Source: an uncultured Gammaproteobacteria bacterium (GTDB lineage: Bacteria; Patescibacteriota; Microgenomatia; UBA10105; UBA927). From it: a stretch of 64,000 nucleotides of DNA. The position numbers and the translations under genes are program-made. The stretch covers positions 641,319 through 705,318 of the forward strand of contig CAZVTT010000001.1 in assembly GCA_964629685.1 (NCBI GenBank). Direction: 5' to 3'. Position 1 is the stretch's first letter, and the number at the start of each line of letters is the position of its first letter. This document shows, in pieces, positions 38,653 through 48,827 of this stretch. The notes below the pieces were generated by a model. That model was not told where the DNA came from, made no database searches, and saw only the letters and a program-made list of their open reading frames with translations.

Positions 38653-41121
38653 TTATACAGCTATTTCGGTTCCGCGATGTATCTCACCTTTTAGTACTTT
38701 TTCGGCAATGGTATTTTCGACGTATTCCTGAAATGCTCTTCGGAGTGCTCTGCCTCCATATTCCGCGTTAAAACCCGCTTCCAGCAACTTATGTCTGGTA
38801 GTTTCGGAAAGGGTAACGGTAATACCGTGCCGTTCTTTTACGGTTTTGTTGTATTGCCGTAACGATAGGTCGAGTATTTGTGCGGTATGATCGGTCGATA
38901 GAGGGTGGAATACGATGACATCATCGAATCTGTTTAGTAATTCCGGTGATAAAATTCCGGCACGCTGTACATGTTCAACTATTAGCTGTGTCAAATTAGG
39001 AGGGGGAAGGGTATTGCTTATCAACTCTCTGATTTTTTCTGAACCTGCGTTACTGGTAGCGATAATAATGGTATTGGTTAAGTAGACGTTTTTTCCGAAG
39101 GCATCGGTAATATATCCTTCATCAAATGCGGTAAGGAATATATTATGTATTTCCTTATCCGCTTTTTCAAATTCGTCCAGCAGCACGATACAGGCGGGAT
39201 GATCATGAAGCCGTTCGGTAAAAATGCCGACTTTTCCCGATGCAAAGTCCCCGATTAATTGTTTTGTAGCTTCACCGGTATTAAACTGCGCCATATCGAA
39301 TCGTTGGAGTGCCGTTTCCTTTCCGAAATATGCATAGGACAGGGCTTTAGCTGTTTCCGTTTTTCCTACGCCTGTCGGACCAAGGAACAAAAAACAACCA
39401 ATCGGTCTGTTTGATTGTGTGTCTGCATTTGCCCTCGCCCGGCGTAACGCTTTGGCTATAGCCGTGATAGCTTCTTCCTGGCCTACCACCCTGTCATGCA
39501 AGTGAGATTCCAGGTGAAGCAAAACATTTTTATCCGAACGTTCGAGTGCAAGAGGAATTCCCAGTTTGCTTGCTGCCAGCGTTCTGACATCCGCTACAGA
39601 AAGCACTTTAGCCGTTTGTCCGATTTCTGCTGCGGCAGCAATATCGTCCAGCAGAACCAGCGCTTTCTCGGGAAACGGTGCGTCATGCATATACCGATCG
39701 GCAATTTGTACTATTTCCTTCACTGCCTGAAACTGGAACCATAGCCTGTTATGTTCTACAGTGACCAATTGATCCAACAGTACTGGTAATGTTTGATCTG
39801 CCGTGAGTGATTCCACGGTAACTATTTCAAAGAGTTCGCAAAGTGTCAGATTGGGTTTAATAAACCGATGGTATGCTTCAGGTGTTACCATCGCGATAAT
39901 TTGTAGCGTTCCGTCTGAAATGTTGTGTACCACGACATCGCTAAAGTCTATCCGATCCGGACCGGAAGAAATAAAGCGGTCAAATTCATCGAGTACCAGA
40001 ATAATATTCCCGGCACCCGAAGCTTCCTGTAATATTGCCGACAACAAAGCTTTTTGGCTGGTGGCGTCTGTTTCCCCGTTGTAGAGTTGTTCCAATTTTA
40101 CATATAACAATCGTTTCCCTTCCAACTGTGGTAACACCCTGCCGGCAGCAATTTCATGGGCAAGATAAATAAGGAGCGGGTGTTTCCCGACGCCGCTTTC
40201 TCCAACCAGTAAAACGCTGTTTACCGTACGTTTGGATATGCACTGGTCTATTTGGGTTATTTCTTTTTTTCGTGCACGGTAACTGTCATTTTTAAGGGGT
40301 TCCAACGCCAGATCACTGGTTACGTTATCCAGTGTCGGTGTATAACCGTAAGTCCAATTTTTACCGATTGAAGGTAACCGCAGTAGCCTTTCCCGGTTCC
40401 AGAATTGGTGCTCGTATGCATACTGCTCGTTTAATCTGTCGTACCAGGCGCACATGTCTCTTACGTCGTTATCCGTAACTCCCAGCTCGAATAAATATTG
40501 TTGTAATGTGGTGTTTCTTTGGTAAAGCAAGAGAAAAAGTGCGGATATTTTGTGTTCTTTACCGATTAATTCACCGGGAATATGCACTTCCATGGTTTTA
40601 TCGGTAGCGGATAAAAAAGCGGTCCGTGAAAGAGACAGTCTACTGAGGAAAAATTTACCGAAATGCGTGTCTATTAGCCTGGTTAACATCGTATGAACAT
40701 CGGGATCCCGTATAAGTCTGCGCAGCTCCCTATTATCCGTATCTGCAATATAAAATAACAGCGATAATCCCGGTGTAATAAGCCAAAGACATACGACGAG
40801 TAAGCCTGCTAAGGAGGTTACGATAATACAAAGTATTCCCGCGACAATGACGCAGCTTCGGACTATGAAGCCGATAATCCGCGAAATGATATTAAAACTT
40901 ACCCGTTCACCGATTTCGTCAACGGATATTCCCGGTTTTCGTTTTTTTCTGATAGCGCGTTTCCAGGGGGCAAAAAGTGTTTTTGCCAGCAGCGGGAGTG
41001 AAAAAAAATGGTAAAAAAATACCAGAAAATTGGCGAGTATTTCCCGTAATGATTTCAGTCCGGACCCGTAGTGCCACACCAGATATCGGATGGGCGCGGG
41101 GCGGCTATCTGCGACGACCAT
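38653..41121 (-). CDS. Membrane-anchored ClpA/ClpB-family double-AAA+ ATPase with a degenerate D1 Walker A
   Basis: There are 3-4 N-terminal TM helices. D1 carries GESGVGKH (His in place of Ser/Thr) and Walker B ILVLDEFD. D2 has the canonical GPTGVGKTETAKALS and VLLDEFEKA. A ClpB D2-small C-terminal region is present. Confidence 0.7.
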   Translation of the reverse strand: MVVADSRPAPIRYLVWHYGSGLKSLREILANFLVFFYHFFSLPLLAKTLFAPWKRAIRKKRKPGISVDEIGERVSFNIISRIIGFIVRSCVIVAGILCIIVTSLAGLLVVCLWLITPGLSLLFYIADTDNRELRRLIRDPDVHTMLTRLIDTHFGKFFLSRLSLSRTAFLSATDKTMEVHIPGELIGKEHKISALFLLLYQRNTTLQQYLFELGVTDNDVRDMCAWYDRLNEQYAYEHQFWNRERLLRLPSIGKNWTYGYTPTLDNVTSDLALEPLKNDSYRARKKEITQIDQCISKRTVNSVLLVGESGVGKHPLLIYLAHEIAAGRVLPQLEGKRLLYVKLEQLYNGETDATSQKALLSAILQEASGAGNIILVLDEFDRFISSGPDRIDFSDVVVHNISDGTLQIIAMVTPEAYHRFIKPNLTLCELFEIVTVESLTADQTLPVLLDQLVTVEHNRLWFQFQAVKEIVQIADRYMHDAPFPEKALVLLDDIAAAAEIGQTAKVLSVADVRTLAASKLGIPLALERSDKNVLLHLESHLHDRVVGQEEAITAIAKALRRARANADTQSNRPIGCFLFLGPTGVGKTETAKALSYAYFGKETALQRFDMAQFNTGEATKQLIGDFASGKVGIFTERLHDHPACIVLLDEFEKADKEIHNIFLTAFDEGYITDAFGKNVYLTNTIIIATSNAGSEKIRELISNTLPPPNLTQLIVEHVQRAGILSPELLNRFDDVIVFHPLSTDHTAQILDLSLRQYNKTVKERHGITVTLSETTRHKLLEAGFNAEYGGRALRRAFQEYVENTIAEKVLKGEIHRGTEIAV

Positions 41122-41230
41122 AGTTTAAGTGTAGTCTGTCCGTTTACGAGAGTAAACGATATATATCACCGAAACGACCTGGCGCGCTCCAATGCTGTGT
41201 TCTCTCTTAGCCCGTGGTACAATTATATAT

Positions 41231-42241
41231 ATGGACGAGGATTTAAAACAGCGGGCTACAGACGTATTGCAAAAATTGAATTTAGACGGGAAACGCCAAT
41301 CTATCCGTGAACTGGAGGCGGAATCGTTTAAAGAAGGGTTTTGGAGTGACCCCCAACAAGCAGCCAAAAAAATGAAACGTATGTCCCAACTGCAAAAGGA
41401 ACTGGAAGAGGGAGAGATGTTGGAATTGTTAATCAGCGACGGAAACGGGCCGGAATTGGAACAGATGGTAGATAAACTGGAATTTGCTCTATTTCTGTCC
41501 GGTCCTTATGACAGCGGAGATGCAATTCTTGCCATCCATGCCGGTCAGGGTGGCACCGAAGCAATGGATTGGACTTCAATGCTTAACCGGATGTATGCCC
41601 GCTATATCGAGCGGAAAGGGTGGGACATGGAAGAAGTAGATTTTACTCCCGGGGAAGAAGCAGGGATAAAAAGCGTAACTATGGCCGTAAATGGTCCGTA
41701 TGCGTTCGGATTTTTAAAAGCGGAAGTGGGAGTCCACAGGTTAGTACGTCAGTCTCCGTTTAATGCGGATAACCTCAGACAAACATCGTTTGCCATGGTG
41801 GAAGTACTTCCTGTGGTTGACGATAATGCACAAATCGACGTGAAGGAAGAGGATTTGGAATGGGATTTTTATCGCAGCGGAGGTAAAGGCGGCCAGAACG
41901 TAAATAAGGTTGCGACTGCGGTTCGGTTACGGCACAAACCTACCGGAATAATTGTAGCCAGTCAGGCGCAACGTTATCAGGGGCAGAACCGGGAATATGC
42001 CCTTAAAGTACTGCGGGCAAAACTTTGGGAACGGCAGGAACAGGAGCGGTTAAGTAAAGAACGGAGTATGCGGGGTGAATACAAAACACCCGGCTGGGGA
42101 AATCAAATACGATCATATGTATTGCATCCGTACCATATGGTGAAAGATTTACGGACGGAACATGAAACCGGTCAAACTGAACGGGTACTGGATGGGGATA
42201 TAGAAGATTTTATTGTCGCGTACTTGAAAAAAATTGCCTGA
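41231..42241 (+). CDS. prfB: Peptide chain release factor 2
   Basis: The GGQ motif ([12 protein letters not shown]) and the RF2-specific SPF tripeptide (RQSPFNAD) are present. The ORF is contiguous, so no programmed +1 frameshift site is needed. Confidence 0.9.
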   Translation: MDEDLKQRATDVLQKLNLDGKRQSIRELEAESFKEGFWSDPQQAAKKMKRMSQLQKELEEGEMLELLISDGNGPELEQMVDKLEFALFLSGPYDSGDAILAIHAGQGGTEAMDWTSMLNRMYARYIERKGWDMEEVDFTPGEEAGIKSVTMAVNGPYAFGFLKAEVGVHRLVRQSPFNADNLRQTSFAMVEVLPVVDDNAQIDVKEEDLEWDFYRSGGKGGQNVNKVATAVRLRHKPTGIIVASQAQRYQGQNREYALKVLRAKLWERQEQERLSKERSMRGEYKTPGWGNQIRSYVLHPYHMVKDLRTEHETGQTERVLDGDIEDFIVAYLKKIA

Positions 42242-42402
42242 GTTCCCATAATGGGTGTATGGCGCTCGCAAACCGAAGTTCTTCAGTTGTAACTCACGCG
42301 GAACATCGTCCGCACTCAGCCGTCGGAACTGCACCGGGCGAAGATCATATAGTGCGAACATCCATAGACGGCGAACCTGAGCCGGAAGCGGAGGCTAAAA
42401 AT

Positions 42403-42807
42403 ATGAAACTTATCGTAACACTTGTGTATGTTGCATTAATAGCATTCGGAGTCGGTACCGGGTATTTGCTCGCCGGTAAACCATCACTTGCTGCGGGCAC
42501 TTCGGGCACAGCGGGCACAGCGACCACAACTTCGGCCACGGGCGAACAAGTGAAGAAAGTAGCCGGATTGGCAGATGCGGATACGTTTAAAGATCAGGCC
42601 ACAGGTGTGGTAAAAAAAGGCGGTCTGGACGGTGAGGGTTCGCATCAGCTGGTTCGGGACGGCGGACCGTCTCAAACGGTATACTTAGTTTCTTCTGCTG
42701 TCGATCTGGACGATTATGTAGATAAAACCGTCACGGTCTGGGGTCAAACTATTGCTGCAAAAAAGGCGCCTTGGCTTATGGACGTTGGTCGGCTGGAAGT
42801 CAAGTAA
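42403..42807 (+). CDS. Hypothetical membrane-anchored protein with a Gly/Thr/Ala linker
   Basis: ATG 42403 is preceded by ggagg. An N-terminal TM helix is followed by AGTSGTAGTATTTSATG. Confidence 0.45.
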   Translation: MKLIVTLVYVALIAFGVGTGYLLAGKPSLAAGTSGTAGTATTTSATGEQVKKVAGLADADTFKDQATGVVKKGGLDGEGSHQLVRDGGPSQTVYLVSSAVDLDDYVDKTVTVWGQTIAAKKAPWLMDVGRLEVK

Positions 42808-42813
42808 GGCTCA

Positions 42814-43515
42814 ATGATTACATTTAAGGAAGTGTCCAAGGTATATCCCGGGCATACTGCCCTGCAACAGGTTTCCGTTGAAATAGCCGACGGCTCTTTT
42901 GTGTTTCTGATTGGTCCATCAGGGGCCGGGAAAACGACGTTACTCCGTTTATTAATCCGGGACACACTCCCCACCAAAGGCCAGGTATTTATAGATGACT
43001 GGGAAGTAAACAAAATAAAACGCCGTCACGTTCATTTGCTGCGTCGGAAAGTGGGAATGATATTTCAGGATTTTAAAATACTACCCGACCGCACAGTATA
43101 TGAAAATGTGGCATTGGGACTTGAGATCCTCGGTAAAAAATCTTCAGAAATAAAAAGCCGTGTAGGAGATGTGTTGGATCTTGTCGGAATTGCAGACAAG
43201 CGGAATTATTTCCCTACGCAACTTTCTGCGGGTGAACTCCAGCGGACGAGTATTGCCAGGGCAATAGTAGGCGGGCCTAAAATATTACTGGCAGATGAAC
43301 CTACCGGAAATTTGGATCCGGAAACGGCCTGGAAAGTGTTGGAGATTATTGAACAGATAAATAAACTGGGAACCACGATTGTGATGGCTACCCATAATGT
43401 CGATATCGTTAATCATTTAAAAAAGCGTACGATTATTATTCACGGCGGACAGGTGGTCAGTGACGAAGAAAAAGGAAAGTATATTCAGGATATAAAGGAA
43501 AAGCACAAAAAGTAA
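42814..43515 (+). CDS. ftsE: Cell division ATP-binding protein FtsE
   Basis: Walker A GPSGAGKTT, signature LSAGELQRTSIARAI and Walker B LLADEPTGNLD are present. It sits immediately upstream of ftsX. Confidence 0.9.
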   Translation: MITFKEVSKVYPGHTALQQVSVEIADGSFVFLIGPSGAGKTTLLRLLIRDTLPTKGQVFIDDWEVNKIKRRHVHLLRRKVGMIFQDFKILPDRTVYENVALGLEILGKKSSEIKSRVGDVLDLVGIADKRNYFPTQLSAGELQRTSIARAIVGGPKILLADEPTGNLDPETAWKVLEIIEQINKLGTTIVMATHNVDIVNHLKKRTIIIHGGQVVSDEEKGKYIQDIKEKHKK

Positions 43516-43516
43516 T

Positions 43517-44413
43517 ATGGGTACACTTAACATTACCTGGAAACATGTGCGCAGGTCACCGTATCAGGCCTTTGCGGCCATAATGACGTTATTCCTGACG
43601 TTGTTATTATCCGGAATATTTTTTCTGACCACCTTAACATCCGTATTTATCCTGCACTATTTTGAAGGAAAACCGCAAATTACCGTATTTTTCAAAGATA
43701 CCGCGGCTAAAACGGAAATTGACGGGTTAACCAAAACACTTGAAGATACCGGCAAAACCGTTGCAATTACGTTTGTTTCCAAAGATCAGGCTCTGTCTAT
43801 TTATAAGGAGCAGAATAAAAATGATCCGTTGTTGTTGGAAATGGTTACCGCCGATATTTTGCCCGCTTCTCTGGAAGTGACTGCTAAAGATCCGAAATTT
43901 TTAGGCGAATTGGAGCCGCTGATAAAAAATACCGCCAGCGTGGAAGAAGTCGTATATCAAAAAGATGTGGTAGAAGGGCTCATTATGTGGACGAACGCCA
44001 TCCGTCTGGTGTTTGGCGTACTCGCAGGGTTGCTGGCAGCCGATGCCATTTTAATTATTATTACCGTTACCAGCATGAAAATCGCCATTAGGCGTGAAGA
44101 AGTAGAAATACTGCGGCTTGTCGGTGCTTCACCCTGGTACATCCGCTGGCCCTTTATTTGGGAGGGTGGATTTTACGGTATCTGCGGAGCCAATATGGCA
44201 TGGGTAGTGATAATGGGCTTAACCATCTGGCAGCGTGAACAGCTACTGGCTTTCCTGGGAATTATTCCGGATATAAACGCCATATTAACCAGTCCGACCA
44301 GTCCGGTGTTTTTATTGTATTCCGGAGGATTTTTGGGACTTCTGGTAATGATTGGGTTTATACTCGGAAGTTTTGGGAGTTATATTGCGGTCAATAGATA
44401 TCTTAAAATATGA
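43517..44413 (+). CDS. ftsX: Cell division permease FtsX
   Basis: It has four TM helices with the FtsX topology and a large periplasmic loop. It is adjacent to ftsE and ends at a TGA stop. Confidence 0.85.
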   Translation: MGTLNITWKHVRRSPYQAFAAIMTLFLTLLLSGIFFLTTLTSVFILHYFEGKPQITVFFKDTAAKTEIDGLTKTLEDTGKTVAITFVSKDQALSIYKEQNKNDPLLLEMVTADILPASLEVTAKDPKFLGELEPLIKNTASVEEVVYQKDVVEGLIMWTNAIRLVFGVLAGLLAADAILIIITVTSMKIAIRREEVEILRLVGASPWYIRWPFIWEGGFYGICGANMAWVVIMGLTIWQREQLLAFLGIIPDINAILTSPTSPVFLLYSGGFLGLLVMIGFILGSFGSYIAVNRYLKI

Positions 44414-44423
44414 TCGTCCCCTC

Positions 44424-45608
44424 ATGGAGGGTCATCCCATGGGTATGATATCAATGTCCCGTTTTACTCGGTTGTACCGAATTATTTTCGCCGTCGCACT
44501 GGCGCTTATTGTCGTGGCTCAACCGCCGTTAATTTATGCCCAGGCTTCGGATATAAATAAAACTATTCAGGATTTACAGAATAAAATAACCGAGTTGCAG
44601 GGGAAGGAAAATTCGTTGTCCAAACAAATTAATCTGCTGAATTCCCAAATATCCATTACCACGTTAAAAATAGACAGTATCCGGGCTGCTATCGTGAAAC
44701 TTTCCAGCGAAATAGATGAACTCGCCACGGAAATTGCCAGACTGGAAGATTTAATGACCCGCAGATCCGAATTGGTACTGCGCCGGATACCGGAATCGTA
44801 TAAACGCCAGACTACTCCGGATTTCGGTATGTTGCTGCTTTCTACCGATGTTTCCGATTTTGTACTGCGGTTAAAGTATATGAATAGCGTGCAGCAGGAT
44901 GATGCGCAATTACTATTTCAGTTAAAAGCGACACAGAATAACTTTAGTGAACGCAAAGTACTACGGGAAACGAAAAAGAAACAACAGGAAGATTTGCGGA
45001 TTGAACTGGAGGCGGAAACCAAGCGGCTGGAACAGCAAAAAAAAGATAAACAGGCGCTATTGGATCAGACGAAAAACAGCGAAGCCACGTATCAAAAACT
45101 ATTATCACAGGCATTGGCGGAACGACAGGCAGTAGAACGGGCATTGGTTGAAGGAAATAAAATAGGTCCGATTAAAAAAGGTGATCCCATCGCGCTGGTT
45201 GGGAATACGGGGTATCCCGGATGTTCTACAGGTGCGCATCTGCATTTTGAGGTCCGGAAAAATGGTACCTGGGTAAATTCCGAATCGTATTTGTCGTCAA
45301 AAGAGATAAATGATGCCCAAAGTGGAGGTAGACATGCTCTGGGATCGGGGAGTTGGGACTGGCCGCTTGAGGGAGACGTAGTGGTAACCCAACGGTACGG
45401 AAAAACACCCTGGTCCTGGCGGTACGCGTATAGCGGAGGAATCCATACGGGTGTGGATATGATCAGCAACACCAGTGCCGTTATTCGGGCACCGAGTGAC
45501 GGGGTACTTTTCAGCTCTAGTCAAAATTGTGGCAGTAGTAGTATTATCAAGATCAAATACATCGATCACGGCGATGGGGTCATGAGTTTCTATCTTCATG
45601 TCCAGTAA
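44424..45608 (+). CDS. M23 family peptidase with an N-terminal coiled coil (EnvC-like divisome amidase activator or LytM-type hydrolase)
   Basis: A long heptad/coiled-coil region is followed by the LytM domain (GIHTGVDM, HLHFEV). It lies downstream of ftsEX. Confidence 0.8.
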   Translation: MEGHPMGMISMSRFTRLYRIIFAVALALIVVAQPPLIYAQASDINKTIQDLQNKITELQGKENSLSKQINLLNSQISITTLKIDSIRAAIVKLSSEIDELATEIARLEDLMTRRSELVLRRIPESYKRQTTPDFGMLLLSTDVSDFVLRLKYMNSVQQDDAQLLFQLKATQNNFSERKVLRETKKKQQEDLRIELEAETKRLEQQKKDKQALLDQTKNSEATYQKLLSQALAERQAVERALVEGNKIGPIKKGDPIALVGNTGYPGCSTGAHLHFEVRKNGTWVNSESYLSSKEINDAQSGGRHALGSGSWDWPLEGDVVVTQRYGKTPWSWRYAYSGGIHTGVDMISNTSAVIRAPSDGVLFSSSQNCGSSSIIKIKYIDHGDGVMSFYLHVQ

Positions 45609-45693
45609 TATATTCGTCTTGGTGTATGAATCGTAGATAACCTCCTGCCTCCCGCTGGTTTTCCCTGGGATTACCGGAAAAATTGTAAAGATC

Positions 45694-46578
45694 ATGAAGA
45701 ACTATTTTCGGAGCATAAGCTTGATTATTCTCATTGCGGCGGTTTTTGTGCCGTGGCAAAAAGTACAGGCTTCTATACTCATAAATGAAGCGGGAACGCA
45801 CAGCTCGCCTGACTGGGTAGAAATTATTAATACCGGAACGGCTTCCGCCAGTTTGGCGGGATATCAAATTAGGGATGCGGCGGCAAATGCTATAGATTTA
45901 ACCGGAGATATTGCCGGAGGGGAAATAAAGGCCTTTGATTTCAGTAACCGCCTGGATAATGACGGCGATACGGTAAAGCTCGTCCGGGTGGGGGAATCGG
46001 TTTCCGTTGATGAGCTTTCATATGGTCCGAACACCACGATTTGCGCTCCCGCAGATGAATCTCAGTCAGTGGGAAGCAAACCGGACGGTAGCGGTACCAT
46101 TGTCAGATTTGCCTCTTCCAGTAAAGCACAGTCTAATAATAGTTCCTCTACTTCCAGTTGCCCGGCGGCTACCGGTACACCCACCCCCACAACTGCAGGA
46201 AGTACAGCTACCCCGACAGGTACCAGTACGCCTACACCGACCGTGACCGGTACCCCCACGCCTTCCACAGTCGCAACCAAAACACCGACTTCAACGCCGA
46301 AAAAAACCCCTACTCCGACAGTAGACGATCTTACTCCCACTGCTACGCCCGATCCGTTTTTAGCAGGTACTTCCGATGATCCGACCGGAACACCTACCCC
46401 GGAAATCAGTCCTACCGTAACACCCGGAACACAGAGTACGCGTTCGGCAATGCCGATTATTATTGCTATGCTCATGGTAGCAGCCGGATTGGCCATTATG
46501 GCGTTCGTGCTGGTGTGGAACAAAACCATAACCCGCGAAACGTTTGTCAAATTGTTCCGCCGTACCCCGAAGACATAA
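45694..46578 (+). CDS. Lamin-tail-domain (LTD) surface protein with a Pro/Thr linker and a C-terminal TM anchor
   Basis: A signal peptide is present. The LTD domain is recognisable (ILINEAGTHSSPDWVEIINTG...GYQIRD). A PT-rich region of about 90 aa precedes a C-terminal hydrophobic helix. Confidence 0.6.
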   Translation: MKNYFRSISLIILIAAVFVPWQKVQASILINEAGTHSSPDWVEIINTGTASASLAGYQIRDAAANAIDLTGDIAGGEIKAFDFSNRLDNDGDTVKLVRVGESVSVDELSYGPNTTICAPADESQSVGSKPDGSGTIVRFASSSKAQSNNSSSTSSCPAATGTPTPTTAGSTATPTGTSTPTPTVTGTPTPSTVATKTPTSTPKKTPTPTVDDLTPTATPDPFLAGTSDDPTGTPTPEISPTVTPGTQSTRSAMPIIIAMLMVAAGLAIMAFVLVWNKTITRETFVKLFRRTPKT

Positions 46579-46606
46579 TTCCCCGCGTATACGGTATACT
46601 TATATT

Positions 46607-47023
46607 ATGAAGAAATTCTTCCTAAGATGGGGACCGGTGTTGGTTTGGATGACCGTTATTTTTATTTTTTCCAATAAGCAGCGTATAGCCGTATCCGAAG
46701 TGGAAATTAAGAATTTTCTGTTTTTTAAATCGTTACACCTTATTGAATACGCTACACTGTTGGCTTTCTGTTGGCGGGCGTTCAAAATGTCATACCCCAA
46801 ATCTCCCCGGAAACACGTCATGATTGCAGCGTTTGAATTAACGATCGTGTACGCATTAACGGATGAATTCCATCAGTTGTTTGTTCCATCCCGTGAAGGA
46901 AAGTTACAGGATGTTATAATTGATGCTATAGGAGCGAGCGGCGCATGGTTCTTCCTGTTATACATACTACCCATAGTACCGAAAAAACTCAAAGCATTGG
47001 CGAAGAGCTGGCAGTTTCTTTAG
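46607..47023 (+). CDS. VanZ-like family membrane protein
   Basis: A small 3-4 TM protein whose N-terminus MKKFFLRWGPVLVWMTVIFIFSN is typical of VanZ-like proteins. Confidence 0.6.
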   Translation: MKKFFLRWGPVLVWMTVIFIFSNKQRIAVSEVEIKNFLFFKSLHLIEYATLLAFCWRAFKMSYPKSPRKHVMIAAFELTIVYALTDEFHQLFVPSREGKLQDVIIDAIGASGAWFFLLYILPIVPKKLKALAKSWQFL

Positions 47024-47406
47024 CTGCCGGTAGCGTGCCGCGGATACTCGCATTTTACGGACAATTGGGAAGCGGCAAGACGACATTTATCCAGGGATTG
47101 GCGAAAGGATTAGGAATAACTTCGCGGCTCATATCTCCTACGTTTATCCTGGAGCGCCGGTACGATATCCCCGAGACACAAAAGACATTTCATCATTTTG
47201 ACCTTTATCGGTTAGACGAAACCGCCGATATGGAAACACTGGGATTAGCGGAAATTTTTGCCGATCCAAATGCCATCGTGGTATTGGAATGGGCAGACAG
47301 GCTAACGAGTTTGCCGACTCCACGAATAGATATTTTTGCCAGGTATGATGACGTAGAATATACATTTACCATCGTAAATAAAGATGAGAAAGGGGATACG
47401 AAATGA
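46945..47406 (+). CDS. tsaE: tRNA t6A37 biosynthesis ATPase TsaE
   Basis: The P-loop GQLGSGKTTFIQGLAKGLGI and the ~150-aa length are typical of TsaE/YjeE. The start position is uncertain because it overlaps the VanZ-like gene. Confidence 0.75.
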   Translation: MVLPVIHTTHSTEKTQSIGEELAVSLAAGSVPRILAFYGQLGSGKTTFIQGLAKGLGITSRLISPTFILERRYDIPETQKTFHHFDLYRLDETADMETLGLAEIFADPNAIVVLEWADRLTSLPTPRIDIFARYDDVEYTFTIVNKDEKGDTK

Positions 47407-48002
47407 CGGATATAGCGACACCGGAGCAGCTTGCAGAAGCGGTTACTATCGTAAAACAGGGAGGTATTATTATTTATCCTACGGATACTGCCTTTGGTAT
47501 CGGCTGCCGGATAGATATGGTGAATGCGGTAAACAGGCTATTCGATCTGCGGGAACGACCGCTTACACAAGCTACACCCGTTCTGGTGTCTTCATTTGCT
47601 ATGGCGACAGGTTATTTGTTGCCGCCTTCCGATACGGTTGTAAAACTAACCCAAACATTTTGGCCGGGAGGTCTTACCGTGGTGGCTCCGTGCCGTATAG
47701 ACATGGTTTATCCTCCCATCCGTGGCGGCAAACTCGCAATAGGCGTAAGAATGCCGAACCATGAGACAGCCTTGGCGCTTATAAACGGTGTCGGTGTTCC
47801 GATTCTGGGACCATCGGCAAATTTCCATGGTCACACTACTCCGTATTCATTTGACGAGCTAGACGAGAAACTAAAAAAACTGGTGGATTATGTATTGCCC
47901 GGTGTTTGTACTACAAAGCAGGCATCGACGGTAGTAGACTGTACTGTAACACCGTATCGTATTATTAGGCAGGGAGCGGTGCAGTTACCGCCAACGGTAT
48001 GA
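47403..48002 (+). CDS. tsaC: L-threonylcarbamoyladenylate synthase (YrdC/TsaC type)
   Basis: The YrdC/Sua5 motif IIIYPTDTAFGIGC is present. It is 199 aa with a single domain. Confidence 0.85.
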   Translation: MTDIATPEQLAEAVTIVKQGGIIIYPTDTAFGIGCRIDMVNAVNRLFDLRERPLTQATPVLVSSFAMATGYLLPPSDTVVKLTQTFWPGGLTVVAPCRIDMVYPPIRGGKLAIGVRMPNHETALALINGVGVPILGPSANFHGHTTPYSFDELDEKLKKLVDYVLPGVCTTKQASTVVDCTVTPYRIIRQGAVQLPPTV

Positions 48003-48334
48003 TTGTACGCATAGATACATCGGTCACACACCAGGCCACCGTGAGCATAGAGCTGGGTGGAGCCTGGATTACGAAACATTCGGACGTCAAGCCGGCCTCG
48101 GCACAAACGGTATTACCGCTATTGGAAGCTCTACTGAAAGAACATTCAAAGACGTTGCAGGACGTGACAGCAGTGGAATTACATACAGGTCCGGGCTCGT
48201 TTACGGGACTTCGGGTGGGTGCTGCTATTGCACAGACATTGTCCTGGATTTTACGCGTGCCATTAAACGGTACGCCTCCGGGTACACTTCCGGAATTACA
48301 GTACGAACAGACAAAATACGATAAGACGGGTTAA
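47999..48334 (+). CDS. tsaB: TsaB-like (inactive Kae1/YeaZ homolog) protein, unusually short
   Basis: The N-terminus MIVRIDTSVTHQATVSIEL and ...HTGPGSFTGLRVGAAIAQTL match the TsaB/YeaZ N-terminal half. At 111 aa it is about half the usual ~220 aa. Confidence 0.5.
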   Translation: MIVRIDTSVTHQATVSIELGGAWITKHSDVKPASAQTVLPLLEALLKEHSKTLQDVTAVELHTGPGSFTGLRVGAAIAQTLSWILRVPLNGTPPGTLPELQYEQTKYDKTG

Positions 48335-48693
48335 TGCCCTGTGAGGGCGTCGGCCTGTGCATCTATTTTTGCGGCCAGTATGAAATCGTTTTCGGATAAT
48401 CCGTTTATGGCATGGGTGGTAAGCGATATCCGGCAAAATTTCCAATCATGAATCAGAATATCGGGATGGTGACCTTCATCTTCCGCTAATCGTGCCACTT
48501 CATTTACGAAATTCATAACCTGAGTAAAGTTCTTCCACCGGAAATCGCGGTATATTTCCATACCCGTTAATGTCCAATCGGGAATTTGTTCTAACAGCGG
48601 TTTGATCTGGGATTGCGTAAGCGGTGGTGAGCCTCCTTCGCACGGAACACATTTTTTTTGGGTCAACGAACACATCCTGTCTTGCATATCCAC
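48331..48693 (-). CDS. Pterin-4a-carbinolamine dehydratase (PCD/DCoH)
   Basis: The motif EGHHPDI is present and the fold is PCD-like. The N-terminus has a C..PC..G element. Confidence 0.8.
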   Translation of the reverse strand: MDMQDRMCSLTQKKCVPCEGGSPPLTQSQIKPLLEQIPDWTLTGMEIYRDFRWKNFTQVMNFVNEVARLAEDEGHHPDILIHDWKFCRISLTTHAINGLSENDFILAAKIDAQADALTGH

Positions 48694-48827
48694 ACTATAC
48701 CATAGCAGGTATTTTGAACAATCGTATTGTATATTACAGATAAAACTATAATTCTCGCACTATTATAATGTTGGTAGTCACACACGCGATAACGATGACT
48801 ATTATGGTTTGTAGTCCGAACTCCTTA

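Noticed and set aside
41192-41300. Programmed +1 frameshift site expected in many prfB genes
   Set aside because: The RF2 reading frame is contiguous from the N-terminus (MDEDLKQR...) through the GGQ motif. No in-frame stop or CUU UGA C-type shift site is present.
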